Shown: positions 14,062-28,852, numbered from the stretch's first letter. The stretch is DNA of 64,000 nucleotides from Octopus vulgaris (GCA_951406725.2 OX597815.1:10912001-10976000), one strand, 5' to 3'. Numbers and translations are program-made. The notes: a model not told the origin generated them from the letters alone.

Positions 14062-14478
14062 GGGATCTTTTCGGTTTGAACGGCAGTTTTTAACATAATT
14101 TCTAGGTAACTAAAAAATTTTAAACTTCGTATACTGGTAGAATGTGATAATAAAACATCTTTTTGTCTTGGCTTTATTGAGAAAATTCTATAGTTTGTAA
14201 GATATTTGTTGTTTTTTTCTTCAATTTCTGCAATTTCAACCAATCACTGACGTCTATTGAGGTGAAAATATTCTGTGCCATGTGAATATGTCCCTCGTTT
14301 AAGAAACAGATTGGGTTTATTTACATTTGTGAAGAAAAAAATATATCCTTCCACCACCCCTAACCCTAACCCTAAATGAGATTGAAATGCAATAGATCGA
14401 TTCTAGGGTCATAATTATGGGTGACAATTTCATATGACAACGCTAGAAAAAAACTGCCGTTCAAATCGAAAAGATCCC
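14062..14478. mobile_element. MITE with ~30 bp TIRs, 6 bp TSD AAAATT and internal (CCCTAA)3
   Basis: GGGATCTTTTCGGTTTGAACGGCAGTTTTT ... AAAAACTGCCGTTCAAATCGAAAAGATCCC; AAAATT at 14056-14061 and 14479-14484. Confidence 0.85.
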
Positions 14479-14609
14479 AAAATTGCCAGGTGATTATTTA
14501 AACAAATAATACCCTCAGTTTAGAAATAAATATTCCGAGTTCGAATTTCATCTTTTACTGTATACGTATGTAACGAAGATGAGGTGAGTGAGAAAGATGT
14601 ATGTGGAAA

Positions 14610-14830
14610 TCTCTATATATATAAACGGCAAAATGTCTGCGTGTGTGTCCTTTATACAAATCCACAATTTTTCAGTTAGAGGGCTCGCACTTTCTTTGGT
14701 CATTCAAAACTATCCAAGGGTGGTCGTGCACATCTTTACATTTCCCCAGTCACCCCGCAAAAATCAATAGAAGTGACTTTTTTGTGAATTTTCTATCCAA
14801 AGCCCAATAAAAATGCTCGAAACTTGATAC
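14610..14830 (+). mobile_element. Helitron-like 5' end; 3' end not resolved
   Basis: A|TCTCTATATATATAAACGGCAAAATGTCTGCGTGTGTGTC resembles the other Helitron starts. Confidence 0.45.
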
Positions 14831-15468
14831 ATTACAGGTTATTACAAACATGTATGAGAGAACTTCATGGTTAGACTGGACTGTTGATGCTGTAGACATG
14901 GTTGACCTACTGTTGGTGGTGTGTAGAGGTAGCTGTTGGTCTGTGTGGTCTTCATACAGCAATGATGTAGACAGGCGTCTGGTGGAGATGAAAGTGGAGT
15001 CTGGCTGGTGTCAGAACATCGTTGCTGGAGACGAGTTGCGTGTGTGGTCAGTGACGCATGCCAAAAACCTAGAACAGTCGAGAAACACCGTACTTATGGG
15101 GAATGGTAGGCTCCCAGAAGCTGGTGAAAGATTTCCCGCGTAAGGAAAAATAAACTGCTGCGCCAACACGATTAGACGGCTGAAAACTGACCAATACAAA
15201 CAACCGGTTCGTCTACTGACGAGGTCATGTGACAGCTGGAGTGAAAAGGCCTTGTGGGGCCGATATTGGGGTATTTAAGTCTAGATGTGTCAAGCTGAAA
15301 ACATTTCACACAATTACAGTGTAAATCACTTCTGCTACGCATATCCAGGAAGGGGAGTGCTGACAATCGGAGATCAAATCCATCGAAACATTGAGTCGAT
15401 AAAAATATTTTATAAATGTTCACCATTAATCTTAAAGATACTACTGGGAATTTTTAAAAGTCTATCAA

Positions 15469-15510
<42 letters not shown>

Positions 15511-15562
15511 TATCATTATTGTTATTATTATTAGTAGTAGTGTTGTTGTTGTTGTTGTTGTT

Positions 15563-16126
15563 ATTGAGTGAGAGAGCAGTGCATACCATTAAAGTGACAC
15601 TGGGGTAAAATATACGAAGCCCAGTATACCCACCATGACTACCATTCTGATAAGGGTACACTAGGCACATGCATTACAACCATATGTGCGCGATATGGTG
15701 ATCTCATATCAAGATTAACAGCGCATGACCTTGTAAGTGGGACCCAGTTAGAATTTTTTTCAAGTTGAGTAGTCCAACCCGATCAAAAGGGCCCTGAATA
15801 AGGGTTGTTTAAGGATGATGAACGAAACGCTCATGTTTCCAAAGGTGAATTATCCAAACCTCAAAGAATCCCTCTCAATACATGGCTATGATGCTCTCCC
15901 TTCTATTTCTGCTTGTGATCAGAGATGCATATATCGTCAGCCACTATAGGGACATGCTCAACTGGTTATGGTCAAGTAACTGACAAGCAAATCTGTGGTA
16001 TTGAGCAGAATATTTGCTGTAGCCCATCTTTTATACCAAGACAAAACAATGTACATGATAACACTTCCAGTCAGTTAAGATTAGAAGCCAAGGCATAGCC
16101 ACTGTCAGGTACTGCATCAGGGCATT
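15563..16126 (-). mobile_element. Family D copy, longest in the window
   Basis: Reverse complement of 61794-62338, extending 5' to ATGCCCTGATGCAGTAC; its tail runs into (CAA/TAA/TGA)n. Confidence 0.78.
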
Positions 16127-16790
16127 TGGGGCCGATCTGCCCAAGATGCGGTCAGAGCGACGAAACCGTTCTACACGCACTCGTGCAGTGTGCAACCATT
16201 TCTGACCTGTGGGCTTATGTCGAACGACTGCTGTCACGTGTGGGACGAGTGGGTTTATCAGATGAGTCTATCATCAATATCGTCACGCCTCCTTCCTTAA
16301 AACGGGAAAGAAGAGCTATTTTCATCATACTTGTGGCTATGGCGAAAGAATGTATTTGGTGGACGCGTCTGAAAGGATTAGAGACAAACACTTTCCTTTC
16401 TGGTCAATCTCTCATCAACTTCTTCAAGTATCACTTGACAAGGAAAGTGAGAGTCTTTAAAGCAGAGAGTTACTTACTTGCAAATAAATGTGTTAACATG
16501 TGACATTATTGACCGAGGTTACCGTGGTCTTTTCCGTAGGCTTTTCTTTCCACGGATAAACCTTATCTGTTTCCCCCTTTACACTTTACATCATGACATT
16601 TCTGTGATACACGATCCCAATTGATCGTTTTTTTAAAAACTTTTTTCTTTCTTTTTACGATCCCTTTTGATCGAAAACCTACCCCGTTTTTTTTCTTTTC
16701 TCCCCAAAAAGAAAAGCTCTACTTTGTAATTTGTCCCGTCTGTGTTCAGCCCTGTGTGGCTAATAAAGAAACATATTATTATTATTAATT
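16126..16790 (+). mobile_element. L1/Tx1-like LINE 3' end (CCHC zinc knuckle, 3' UTR, (TTA)n tail)
   Basis: CPRCGQSDETVLHALVQC...LW...AKECIWWTR is the typical L1/Tx1 ORF2 C-terminus, followed by a T-rich UTR, AATAAA and attattatt. Confidence 0.75.
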
Positions 16791-16879
16791 ATAATAAGTA
16801 TCACTGAAACCCTGGGGTCGATGTAATCGACTAGTCCCCCTCCCCCAAATTTCAGGCCTTGTGCCTATAGTAGAACCCT

Positions 16880-17460
16880 ATGTGCCGTTGCAACCCAAGG
16901 ATAACGTTAAAAGACCATAATGATAATTTCTATGCAGACCCTAAAGTCCAGCTGATATGCCCATGTAAGTCGGACCTAGGGAAATTAAGTAAATTAATAT
17001 TAGACAAATATATAAATAAATTAAATAATTTAGATCACCTACAATTATGGGGTAGTATAATGGAAACTTTACAATGGTTTAGAAATATTAAAAACAGTAA
17101 GGAATATAAGTTTATACAAATAGATATTGATAATTATTATGCATCGATAAATGAGATAGTGTTGAATAAGGACTTGATGTATGCCAAAAATAGAATATGA
17201 ATGACGATGGAGGAAATTAAGGTAGTCCAAATGGCAAGGAAATCACTCATTAAATACAAAAATGAATTATGGGCTAGAAAGGAAACACGGGAGTATTTTG
17301 ATGTACATATGGGAACGCCAGATTCAGCACAGGTAACCGTCCTAGTTGGGATCTATTAACTTTCCGAATTAGAATTAGAAAATTTAAATATAGAAGGGGG
17401 CTTATATAGAAATGATTTGCTATTGATAACAAAAAATTGTATGAAAAGAACTCTAGAAAA
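16880..17460 (+). mobile_element. Penelope-like RT fragment (possibly Naiad-type), degenerate
   Basis: ITLKDHNDNF..PKVQLICPCKSDLGKLSK..FIQIDIDNYYASI, then after a frameshift [18 protein letters not shown] and GGLYRNDLL (YRDD-type catalytic motif). Truncated by (TA)n. Confidence 0.8.
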
Positions 17461-17463
17461 TTT

Positions 17464-19780
<2,317 letters not shown>

Positions 19781-20244
19781 AGCGCGCGTACATATAATCA
19801 CGTACAGCAAATGATAAATGACAATTAGGCAGAGGAGCCCATCGACCATAAAACCGGAATAACCATTTATCCCTCCTCCAGGACACAACTCTACAAATGT
19901 GATATTACAGAACAGAGACAATTTTCTCAGACGCAGTTGGCAGCTGACTTAGCCAGAGGCAGTAAAAGAGCTTCGTACCGAACAACAGACATGTTCTTGC
20001 CATTTTAACAGAGCAAATAAATTGAGATTTATTCTTGAGGGAGTTTTTATGTTTTGTTTTGGTTTGGTTTTTTTTTTTGTTTTTTTTTCCCTTTAAAAAT
20101 AAAAGTCAAATTATTAAGTTTTTTTTTTAGTTTGTTAAGATAGTTAAACTTTTTTTTACTTTCTGAGTTTCCAAGATCAATAAGTTTGCTTTTTTTTCTT
20201 TGTTTGTTTGTTTAGAAGTTTATTCAGACGTAACTGGTATAGTA

Positions 20245-20786
20245 CCACCACCTCCACCACCACCACCACCACCATCATCATCATCATATGATAACCATCA
20301 GTAGATATATCTTCAAATCATCATCATCATCATCCTCATCATCAAACTCCTCCTCCTCATCATCATCATACACCTCCTCCTCCTCCTCCTCCTTATCATC
20401 ATCATCTTCATCGTCATCTTCATTATCTTCCTCCTCCTCCTCCTCCTCATCATCATCATACACCTCCTCACCCTCCTCCTCCTCATCATCATCTTCATCG
20501 TCATCTTCATTATCTTTCTCATCATCATCATCATCATCATCAACACACTCCTCCTCCTCATCATCATCATCTTCCTCACACTCCACTTCCCCTTCCTCCT
20601 CCTCCTCCTCCTCTTCTTCCTTCTCCACTTCCTCCTCCTCATCCTACTCATCCTCATCATCTTCATCGTCATCTTTCTTATCTTCATCATCTTCATCATC
20701 ATCATCATCAAGACACTCCTCCTCCTCCACCTCCTCTTCTTCCTCCACCGCTTCTTCCTCCTCCTCCTCCTCCTCCTCATCATCAT
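20245..20786. repeat. (TCA)/(TCC) compound trinucleotide tract with repeated sub-blocks
   Basis: TCTTCATCGTCATCTT recurs three times; ACACCTCC/ACACTCC blocks recur. Confidence 0.9.
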
Positions 20787-20943
20787 TTTGGCATTTCAAA
20801 CTGCTAGAATTAGCAAACAAATCTCCCTCAAATCCCTTTTTTTTAAATGGGAAGGACACAACATTCGACAATATTCTTTCTTCTTCGTTAAGTTGTCGCA
20901 AACGATTCTCTTTTTCACACTCAAAGTCCATTAGGAATTTATC
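20644..20943 (-). CDS. Candidate exon: unique peptide followed by an Asp/Glu-rich tract
   Basis: ttttatatcag| then DKFLMDFECEKENRLRQLNEEERILSNVVSFPFKKKGFEGDLFANSSSLKCQND and poly-E/D to TAG; phase 0. No homology recognised. Confidence 0.25.
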   Translation of the reverse strand, partial: DKFLMDFECEKENRLRQLNEEERILSNVVSFPFKKKGFEGDLFANSSSLKCQNDDEEEEEEEEEAVEEEEEVEEEECLDDDDDEDDEDKKDDDEDDEDE

Positions 20944-21377
20944 CTGATATAAAATGTCACTGATAAAACCGTATGCTTTGTTTGCGGATTTTGGACTTAC
21001 TCAAAATGTCGGAGAGGATCGCCATCCAAGAAACCAAAGCGGGCCGAAAAGCACCAGTGACTGACAATATTGTCAGCGAATTCTATTTTTAACATAGAAA
21101 GTCACCTTGAAGAAGTTTCTCATAAAGTATAATAATGAAATTATTATTAGTGGCACATGACATTAATTGTTATTTCGTGGTCAGGAGTTGATCCCCCAAT
21201 TGGTGATTAACACTACGGATTTTTTACAGAGAAAGTAGTTTTCGGTCAGCTATACGTTCAGCTCTAAAATACAATGCAATGGCTGTGGAGGATAGGAACT
21301 TTTTTCTTTTCGCTGCTTTCATGGATTCCTATAACTCTCTATCGCCATCCAATTTTTTTAATTATGAACATGAAAGA

Positions 21378-21778
21378 CGGCGAGCTGGCAGAAACGTTAG
21401 CACGCCGGGCGAAATGCTTAGCAGTATTTCGTCTGTCTTTATGTTCTGAGTTCAAATTCCGCCGAGGTCGACTTTGCCTTTCTTCCTTTCGGGGTCGATT
21501 AAATAAGTACCAGTTACGCACTGTGGTCGATATAATCGACTTAATCCGTTTGTCTGTCCTTGTTTGTCCTCTCTGTGTTCAGCTCCTTGTGGGTAGTAAA
21601 GAAATAGGTATTTCGTCTGTTTTTACATTCTGAGTTCAAATTCCGCCGAGGTGAATTTTGCCTTTCATCATTTCGGGGTTGATAAATTAAGTACGAGTTG
21701 CGTACTGGGGTCGATCTAATCGACTGCCCCCCTCCCTAACAGTGTCGGACTTTGTGCCTAGAGTAGAAAAGATTATTA
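21378..21778 (+). mobile_element. Family C SINE dimer, second unit with an alternative tail
   Basis: Second unit ends ...TTGTGCCTAGAGTAGAAAAGATTATTAT. Confidence 0.85.
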
Positions 21779-22220
21779 TGGGCTTGAATTGGGAGCTTGA
21801 AGTATAATGAATCTTTCATTAGCTGATTGCACAACCGTGGACGCTACCCCTGACGATTCGTTGCAGATACTCTCTTGATGGAGCTTGGTGATCCTGACCG
21901 CTGATCTTCTAGGGTTCCTCCGCTCAGCATCAATGTAAGAGGGACCATTGGCTCAGTTGAGCCCTTCCGCAACCTTTTCACGATCCGCCATGCTGCAGTC
22001 CTATGACTTCGCGTACCCCTGACAGGGTGGCTGAATGGGGGCTATGTTTTCCCAAAGGGTAGCCCGTAACTATGCAGAGAACGGTCGTTACTCTTGACAT
22101 GGAATATTTTGAACTAAAAGAAATGTTGATATTAAGAAATGCCCAATATCTAATCCACTCAGCCTTATTGATAACTAGAAGAGACCCTCGGCGTATAATG
22201 TATACCTATCAACCAACCTA

Positions 22221-22278
22221 AATACCTACCTACCTACCTACCTACATACCTACCTACCTACCTACCTACCTACCTACC

Positions 22279-22356
<78 letters not shown>

Positions 22357-22523
22357 TACATGCATATAAATATACTTGTATATATATAGATGTGTATATA
22401 TACATGTATATAGATATACATATATATGTATATACATGTGTATACATATATATATATACATATATATATACTTACACAATATATATATGTATATATACAT
22501 GTATATACATGTATATATGTGTA

Positions 22524-22556
<33 letters not shown>
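22221..22556. repeat. (CCTA)n/(CATA)n/(TA)n tract
   Basis: Direct inspection. Confidence 0.95.
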
Positions 22557-22559
22557 CAA

Positions 22560-22952
22560 AAACAAAATGCAATTAAACAAGAGAAAAGTTGAGCTGATGC
22601 ATTTTGGAAAAAAGGCTATGCTAAAACAACCATACTCTCTTCCTTTAGCATCTAATAATATCAGAGACCTAAACGTAATTGTTGATAACAATCTCAGTTG
22701 GAGTGCCCGCATCAACAATAAGGTCGATATAGCTCGTAGGATGAGCTCCTGGATCTTAAGAACCTTCCGGTCCAGAGAACAAGGTGTCATCATTCCACTT
22801 TTCTTGAATACTGCTGCCCGCTGTGGTCTTCCGATACAAAACAAAACACCTCGAGAATCGAATCACCCCAGAGGGAATTCACTAAACGAATTAAGGGCAT
22901 GACTGATCTCGATTACTGGGATCGCCTTAAAACATTCAAACACTACTCTCTC
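22560..22952 (+). mobile_element. CR1-like LINE RT fragment
   Basis: [12 protein letters not shown]...IRDLNVIVDNNLSW...WILRTFRSRE, then after a frameshift EYCCPLWS...IESPQREFTKRI...YWDRLK. Confidence 0.8.
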
Positions 22953-23302
22953 TCATAAATATATTTAAGTAAATAAGTGTTAGAGGTTAGACAACCATCC
23001 AAGGAATAATAAATATCCAATATACAACTGGAGGGATACTGGAGAGATATTTATATTAAATGTCTTACTGTTGCAAGGCAATAGTGCAAGTGAATAATTA
23101 GTACAAGTGGAGGAAAGCGAAAGTTTATCCAGAATTTATATAAAGCAAGGAAGAAAATGGAGAAGAGATTCAATTGACAAACATTCGTATTGCATTATTG
23201 TTTTCATTGAAACTTCTTCACTGTTCTCGTTCTGTTAACGTTTTGGCGCTCAGACGAGTATACTGGTATTGATGTGGCAACATTTGAAATCTTGTCTAGG
23301 TA

Positions 23303-23375
23303 AATGCAGCTGATGAAGACTAATCAAATCTACGTTGTCAAACGTATTTGAAGAGTCAGAAACCGGTCCTGCATT
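23303..23375 (+). ncRNA. Type I hammerhead ribozyme motif with intact core
   Basis: Stem I AATGCAG/CTGCATT (7 bp); core CTGATGA 23310-23316; long stem II GACT..TCAAAT..ACGTT-gtca-AACGT ATTTGA..AGTC; GAAA 23359-23362; palindromic stem III ACCGGT; GUC cleavage triplet ending 23368. Extra A on each side of stem II. Confidence 0.85.
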
Positions 23376-23628
23376 ATCCGATTCTAGATTGTCCATTTAT
23401 TAGATGTTCTTCCTAGAGGTAAGACAATTTTTTTTCATGTTTGTTGCACACACGCGTCTTTGCTAGTATATATGCAGTGAAGCTATACAATAGCGTCGTA
23501 TTTATTACGATCGCTATTTTCCAGTATATTGGTGCCTTGTTGTACCATTTATTTACTTTTATATGTATAATTTTACCCTTATGGTCTCTCTTTTACTGGA
23601 AAGTAATACATTCGTATTGCATTATTAT

Positions 23629-23685
<57 letters not shown>

Positions 23686-23714
23686 TGTGTGTGTATGTAT
23701 GTGTGAAGTATATA

Positions 23715-24020
23715 TGTGAGATAATAGTCTCAAATAAATAGTTTCAGTATTAATAGTGAAACTATTAAACTGAAAGTATCTCACATTACAATAGAGATAT
23801 TCTTGTTTCACTTTTGACACGTAATACAGAAAGGACTTGCATTAGGCAAGAGGTTGAAATATTTTTGGCCCATGGTACTGCTTGGAACCTAAGTAAGGCA
23901 TGTGTAAAATTTGAATGAAATCAGTTGCGTGGTTATCGAGTTTTAGTGATGCACACATACAGACAGAAGACAGACTGACAGGTCGTCAGACACGCATTCT
24001 AAGTTTTATATATATATAGA
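23715..24020 (-). mobile_element. Helitron-like repeat, second copy at 42518-42870
   Basis: Shared blocks TAATAGTGAAACTATTAAA, TCTCACATTACAATAGAG and GTGTAAAATTTGAATGAAATC...TTTTAGTGATGCACACATACAGACAG; TC-TATATATA start on minus. Confidence 0.55.
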
Positions 24021-24050
24021 TTGAGCATTCATGTTAGACAAGACAGAATG

Positions 24051-25490
24051 CAGCGAGCTGGCAGAAACGTTAGCACATTGTTTAAATTCCGCCGAGGTCG
24101 ACTTTGCCTTTCATCCTTTCGAGGTCGATTAAATAAGTACCAGTTACGCACTTGGGTCGATATAATCTACTTAATCCGTTTGTCTGTCCTTGTTTGTCCC
24201 CTCTGTGCGTAGCCCCTTGTGGGCAATAAAGAAATAAGAAACGCTAGCATGCCGCGCAAAATGCGTAGCGGTATGTTGTCTGCCACTACGTTCTGAGATC
24301 AAATTTCGCCGAGGTCGACTTTGCCTTTCATCCTTTCAGGGTCGATTAAATAAGTACCAGTTACGTACTGGGGTCGATATAATCGACTTAATCCGTTTGT
24401 CTGTCCTTGTTTGTCCCCTCTGTGCGTAGCCCCTTGTGGACAATAAAGAAATAAGAAACGCTAGCATGCCGCGCAAAATGCGTAGCGGTATGTTGTCTGC
24501 CACTACGTTCTGAGATCAAATTTCGCCGAGGTCGACTTTGCCTTTCATCCTTTCGGGGTCGATTAAATAAGTACCAGTTACGCACTTGGGTCGATATAAT
24601 CGACTTAATCCCTTTGTCTGTCCTTGTTTGTCCCCTCTGTGCGTAGCCCCTTGTGGGCAATAAAGAAATAAGAAACGCTAGCATGCCGCGCAAAATGCGT
24701 AGCGGTATGTTGTCTGCCACTACGTTCTGAGATCAAATTTCGCCGAGGTCGACTTTGCCTTTCATCCTTTCGGGGTCGATTAAATAAGTACCAGTTACGT
24801 ACTGGGGTCGATATAATCGACTTAATCCCTTTGTCTGTCCTTGTTTGTCCCCTCTGTGCGTAGCCCCTTGTGGGCAATAAAGAAATAAGAAACGCTAGCA
24901 TGCCGCGCAAAATGCGTAGCGGTATGTTGTCTGCCACTACGTTCTGAGATCAAATTTCGCCGAGGTCAACTTTGCCTTTCATCCTTTCGGGGTCGATTAA
25001 ATAAGTACCAGTTACGTACTGGGGTCGATATAATCGACTTAATCCGTTTGTCTGTCCTTGTTTGTCCCCTCTGTGTTTAGCCCCTTGAGGGTAGTAAAGA
25101 AATAGGTATGTTGTCTGCCGTCACGTTCTGAGTTCAAATTCCGCCGAGGTCGACTTTGCCTATCATCTTTTTAGGGTCGATAAATTAAGTACCAGTTACG
25201 CACTGGGGTCGATGTAATCGACTTAATCCCTTTGTCTGTCCTTGTTTGTTCCCTCTATGTTTAGACCCTTGTGGGTAATAAAGAAATAAGAATCATTAGA
25301 GCGCTGGACGAAATGTTTAGCAGTATTTCGCACGTTGGAACATTCTGAGTTCAAATTCCCCCCAGGTCGACTTCCCTTTCATCCTGTCGGGATCGATAAA
25401 AGAAGTTCCAGTTAAGCACTGGGGTCGATGTAATCGATTCGTCCTCATACCAAATATTGCTGCCCTTGTAGCAAAATTTGAAACCATATT
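24051..25490 (+). mobile_element. Tandem array of about 7 family C SINE units
   Basis: Near-identical 217 bp units ending near 24238, 24455, 24672 and 24889, then further units; the last is diverged with a different tail. Confidence 0.9.
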
Positions 25491-25768
25491 AGACGAGACA
25501 GTAGAGTCGGGAAGAATGCAAAGTTCAATGAACAAGAGTGGGCTGTTATATGGATTATTGGTGTAAATTAAACTCATTAGTAGTCATCCAATTAGTTAAT
25601 TAAAGTGACGTGGGAGAAAATCAGAATAAACCCAGAGTTACGTGTATTGTCTTATAGTTTATTGTACATCAGCACGTAGTAAGGACGGCTGACAGTTTAA
25701 TTTGTAATATCAGCTTTCATATTTTGGTAGAAGAATTACAACTATCCAAAGTTAGATGAAAGTCTGCT

Positions 25769-26232
<464 letters not shown>

Positions 26233-26375
26233 GCTTGTAAAATCATTGACAGCTGTTAATGCCAGCAATATGTCAGTGTTTTCGTAAAATTGTTTATTTT
26301 GCCAATTTATGTTCGGAATGTGTCACAGTTGATTGAATCAAGTGTTAATAATGCTTACTTTGGAGACGTTAGAAA

Positions 26376-26377
26376 TA

Positions 26378-26433
<56 letters not shown>

Positions 26434-26536
26434 CATTACTACTACTACTACAAATAATAATAATAATAATAATAATTATGGGCGGTGGTGGTGGTGGTGA
26501 TGATGATGATGTTGATGATGATGTTGATGATGATGG

Positions 26537-26603
<67 letters not shown>

Positions 26604-26692
26604 GATGATGGTGATGATGGTGATGATGGTGATGATGATGATGGTGATGATGATGATGATGATGACGATGATGGTGATGATGGTGATGATGT

Positions 26693-26731
<39 letters not shown>

Positions 26732-26807
26732 CGATGGTGATGATGATGATGGTGATGATGACGATGGTGATGATGATGATGATGATGACGACGATGATGA
26801 TGATGAC

Positions 26808-26841
<34 letters not shown>

Positions 26842-26913
26842 TTGATGATGATGATGATGATAATGATGATGATGATGATGATAATGATGATGATGATGAT
26901 GATGATGATGTTG

Positions 26914-26945
<32 letters not shown>

Positions 26946-26954
26946 GATGATGAC

Positions 26955-26991
<37 letters not shown>

Positions 26992-26992
26992 T

Positions 26993-27032
<40 letters not shown>

Positions 27033-27033
27033 A

Positions 27034-27072
<39 letters not shown>

Positions 27073-27073
27073 T

Positions 27074-27111
<38 letters not shown>

Positions 27112-27127
27112 TTGATGATGATGATGT

Positions 27128-27224
<97 letters not shown>

Positions 27225-27261
27225 ATTGATGATGGTGATGATGATGGTGATGATGGTGATG

Positions 27262-27293
<32 letters not shown>

Positions 27294-27393
27294 GATGATG
27301 ATGGTGATGATGGTGATGATGATGATGTTGATGGTGATGATGATGATGGTGATGATGATGATGGTGATGATGACGATGGTGATGATGATGATG

Positions 27394-27463
<70 letters not shown>
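26376..27463. repeat. (TAC)n-(TAA)n-(GGT)n followed by ~1 kb (GAT)n
   Basis: Direct inspection. Confidence 0.97.
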
Positions 27464-27466
<3 letters not shown>

Positions 27467-28019
27467 GTTGTTTTGTTTATTTCTCCCCGGAAAACATATA
27501 CGGAATTTTCCTTTGCAGAAATATGCATAATGACCCCCCCACCTCTCTCTCTCTTTCTCTTTGTCTTCTCTCGTTTAACTTTCGTTTTGTTCAAAACGAT
27601 TTCGACAGACTTCCTCCGCGATTACACCTAGAGCAACAGAGGTCAACTCATTTCTCCAACGCTGATGCGTCTGCCTATCTTATCCCTCCACCACTTCCGC
27701 TATATCTGTGAACGGCATACAGGTGGCAATATGAACACCACTCTCCTTAACTTTTCTTTTTTTCTTTCTCATCTGTCCCAGCATATTTCATTCGCCTCTC
27801 CAGCCTTGCCGTGGTGCGAGGCGAGAAACAGCAACCTTCCAAGGGAAATCGCCATCGGAAAATGTTAAAATCCGAGTAGGTAAGATCTTCCTTAGCTTAG
27901 TAGACAAGCACTTCCCCGTACAAATGGGCTCACCAGAATATTTAATAAGCACACCTGAGAATTTCCTTTAGCTGTGCACCCAATATCAAAAAAAAAAAAA
28001 AAGAAAAAGATTTCAGTAG

Positions 28020-28320
28020 GTGGACTATACCTAAGACAGAAGAAGAATGCTCATGTAGGAGTAACATAACATGTCCAGTGAATCACCACTGTAAACTGTA
28101 ACATCCCGGAGTGGCATAACGTTGAAAGAAAGAGCCAACGAGTACCGCACAATGTAGAAGTTTCGAAACAAATGTAAAGCGTACTTCAGTAGCAGCAGAA
28201 AGTGCTGATTATGCATGGCTAAGAAGAGAGCGATTTTAAAGACCATCCAGCGCCCAGACATTTACCTGAACGGAAGAAACCAAATTTTTAATCCTTGCCA
28301 ACATGAAAGGAAGTACATTC
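28020..28320 (+). mobile_element. Degenerate Penelope-like GIY-YIG C-terminus
   Basis: HVGVT, then KFRNKCKAYFSSSRKC*LCMAKKRAI...YLNGRNQIFNPCQH; same terminal motif pattern as 12250-12420. Confidence 0.55.
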
Positions 28321-28852
28321 TATCACACCTGCACGCCCCATCATGACTATAAGCACCAGTCCCTCAACATTGGCCCTGCACTATTGTCTGGGAGTCCGGC
28401 AAAGAGCTTGACTAGAACATACACAAATGCATCCGCAAACACACACGCCCTAGCACGGTAGACACCTTCCAATATATGCTCCCCCACATGTACCCCTACA
28501 CACACCGCATACATACATAAATGCCCCAAGAATTTAACCAAAACATAAAGGAAAGAAATATACTAACGAACACAGATGTGTATAGCCCCCGCCCCTACAA
28601 AAGCTATACACTTTTCATTTCCAAAAGAATACCAACCTTGAACCTATTTCCATAAACACTTCTTCAGAGCCCTCCTCAACTTGCAACTAAACCACCGCCA
28701 GAGACGACGCTTTTGATACCAAAGAACATAAGTCTTAACTTAATTCCCTGCTCGATTCGGTTCATCATCCTTTCCACAGCAAACACAAACCGGATGTGTC
28801 TATTCACCTCCAACAGTAGAGAACAGCCGCCGTATTTCATTCCATAACAACT

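Noticed and set aside
15212-15262. CTGACGA...GAAA hammerhead candidate
   Set aside because: Stem II is not adjacent to GAAA and position 17 would be G.
21790-22110. GC-richer stretch resembling a LINE 5' region (similar at 52250-52620)
   Set aside because: No motif or fold could be established by eye.
26476-27711. Poly-His, poly-Asp and poly-Met ORFs of 350-408 aa
   Set aside because: Translations of a (GAT)n microsatellite with no unique coding context.
28200-28215. In-frame TGA in the PLE C*LC motif as selenocysteine
   Set aside because: TGA falls at the variable position rather than replacing a Cys, the copy has other stops and no SECIS was recognised.
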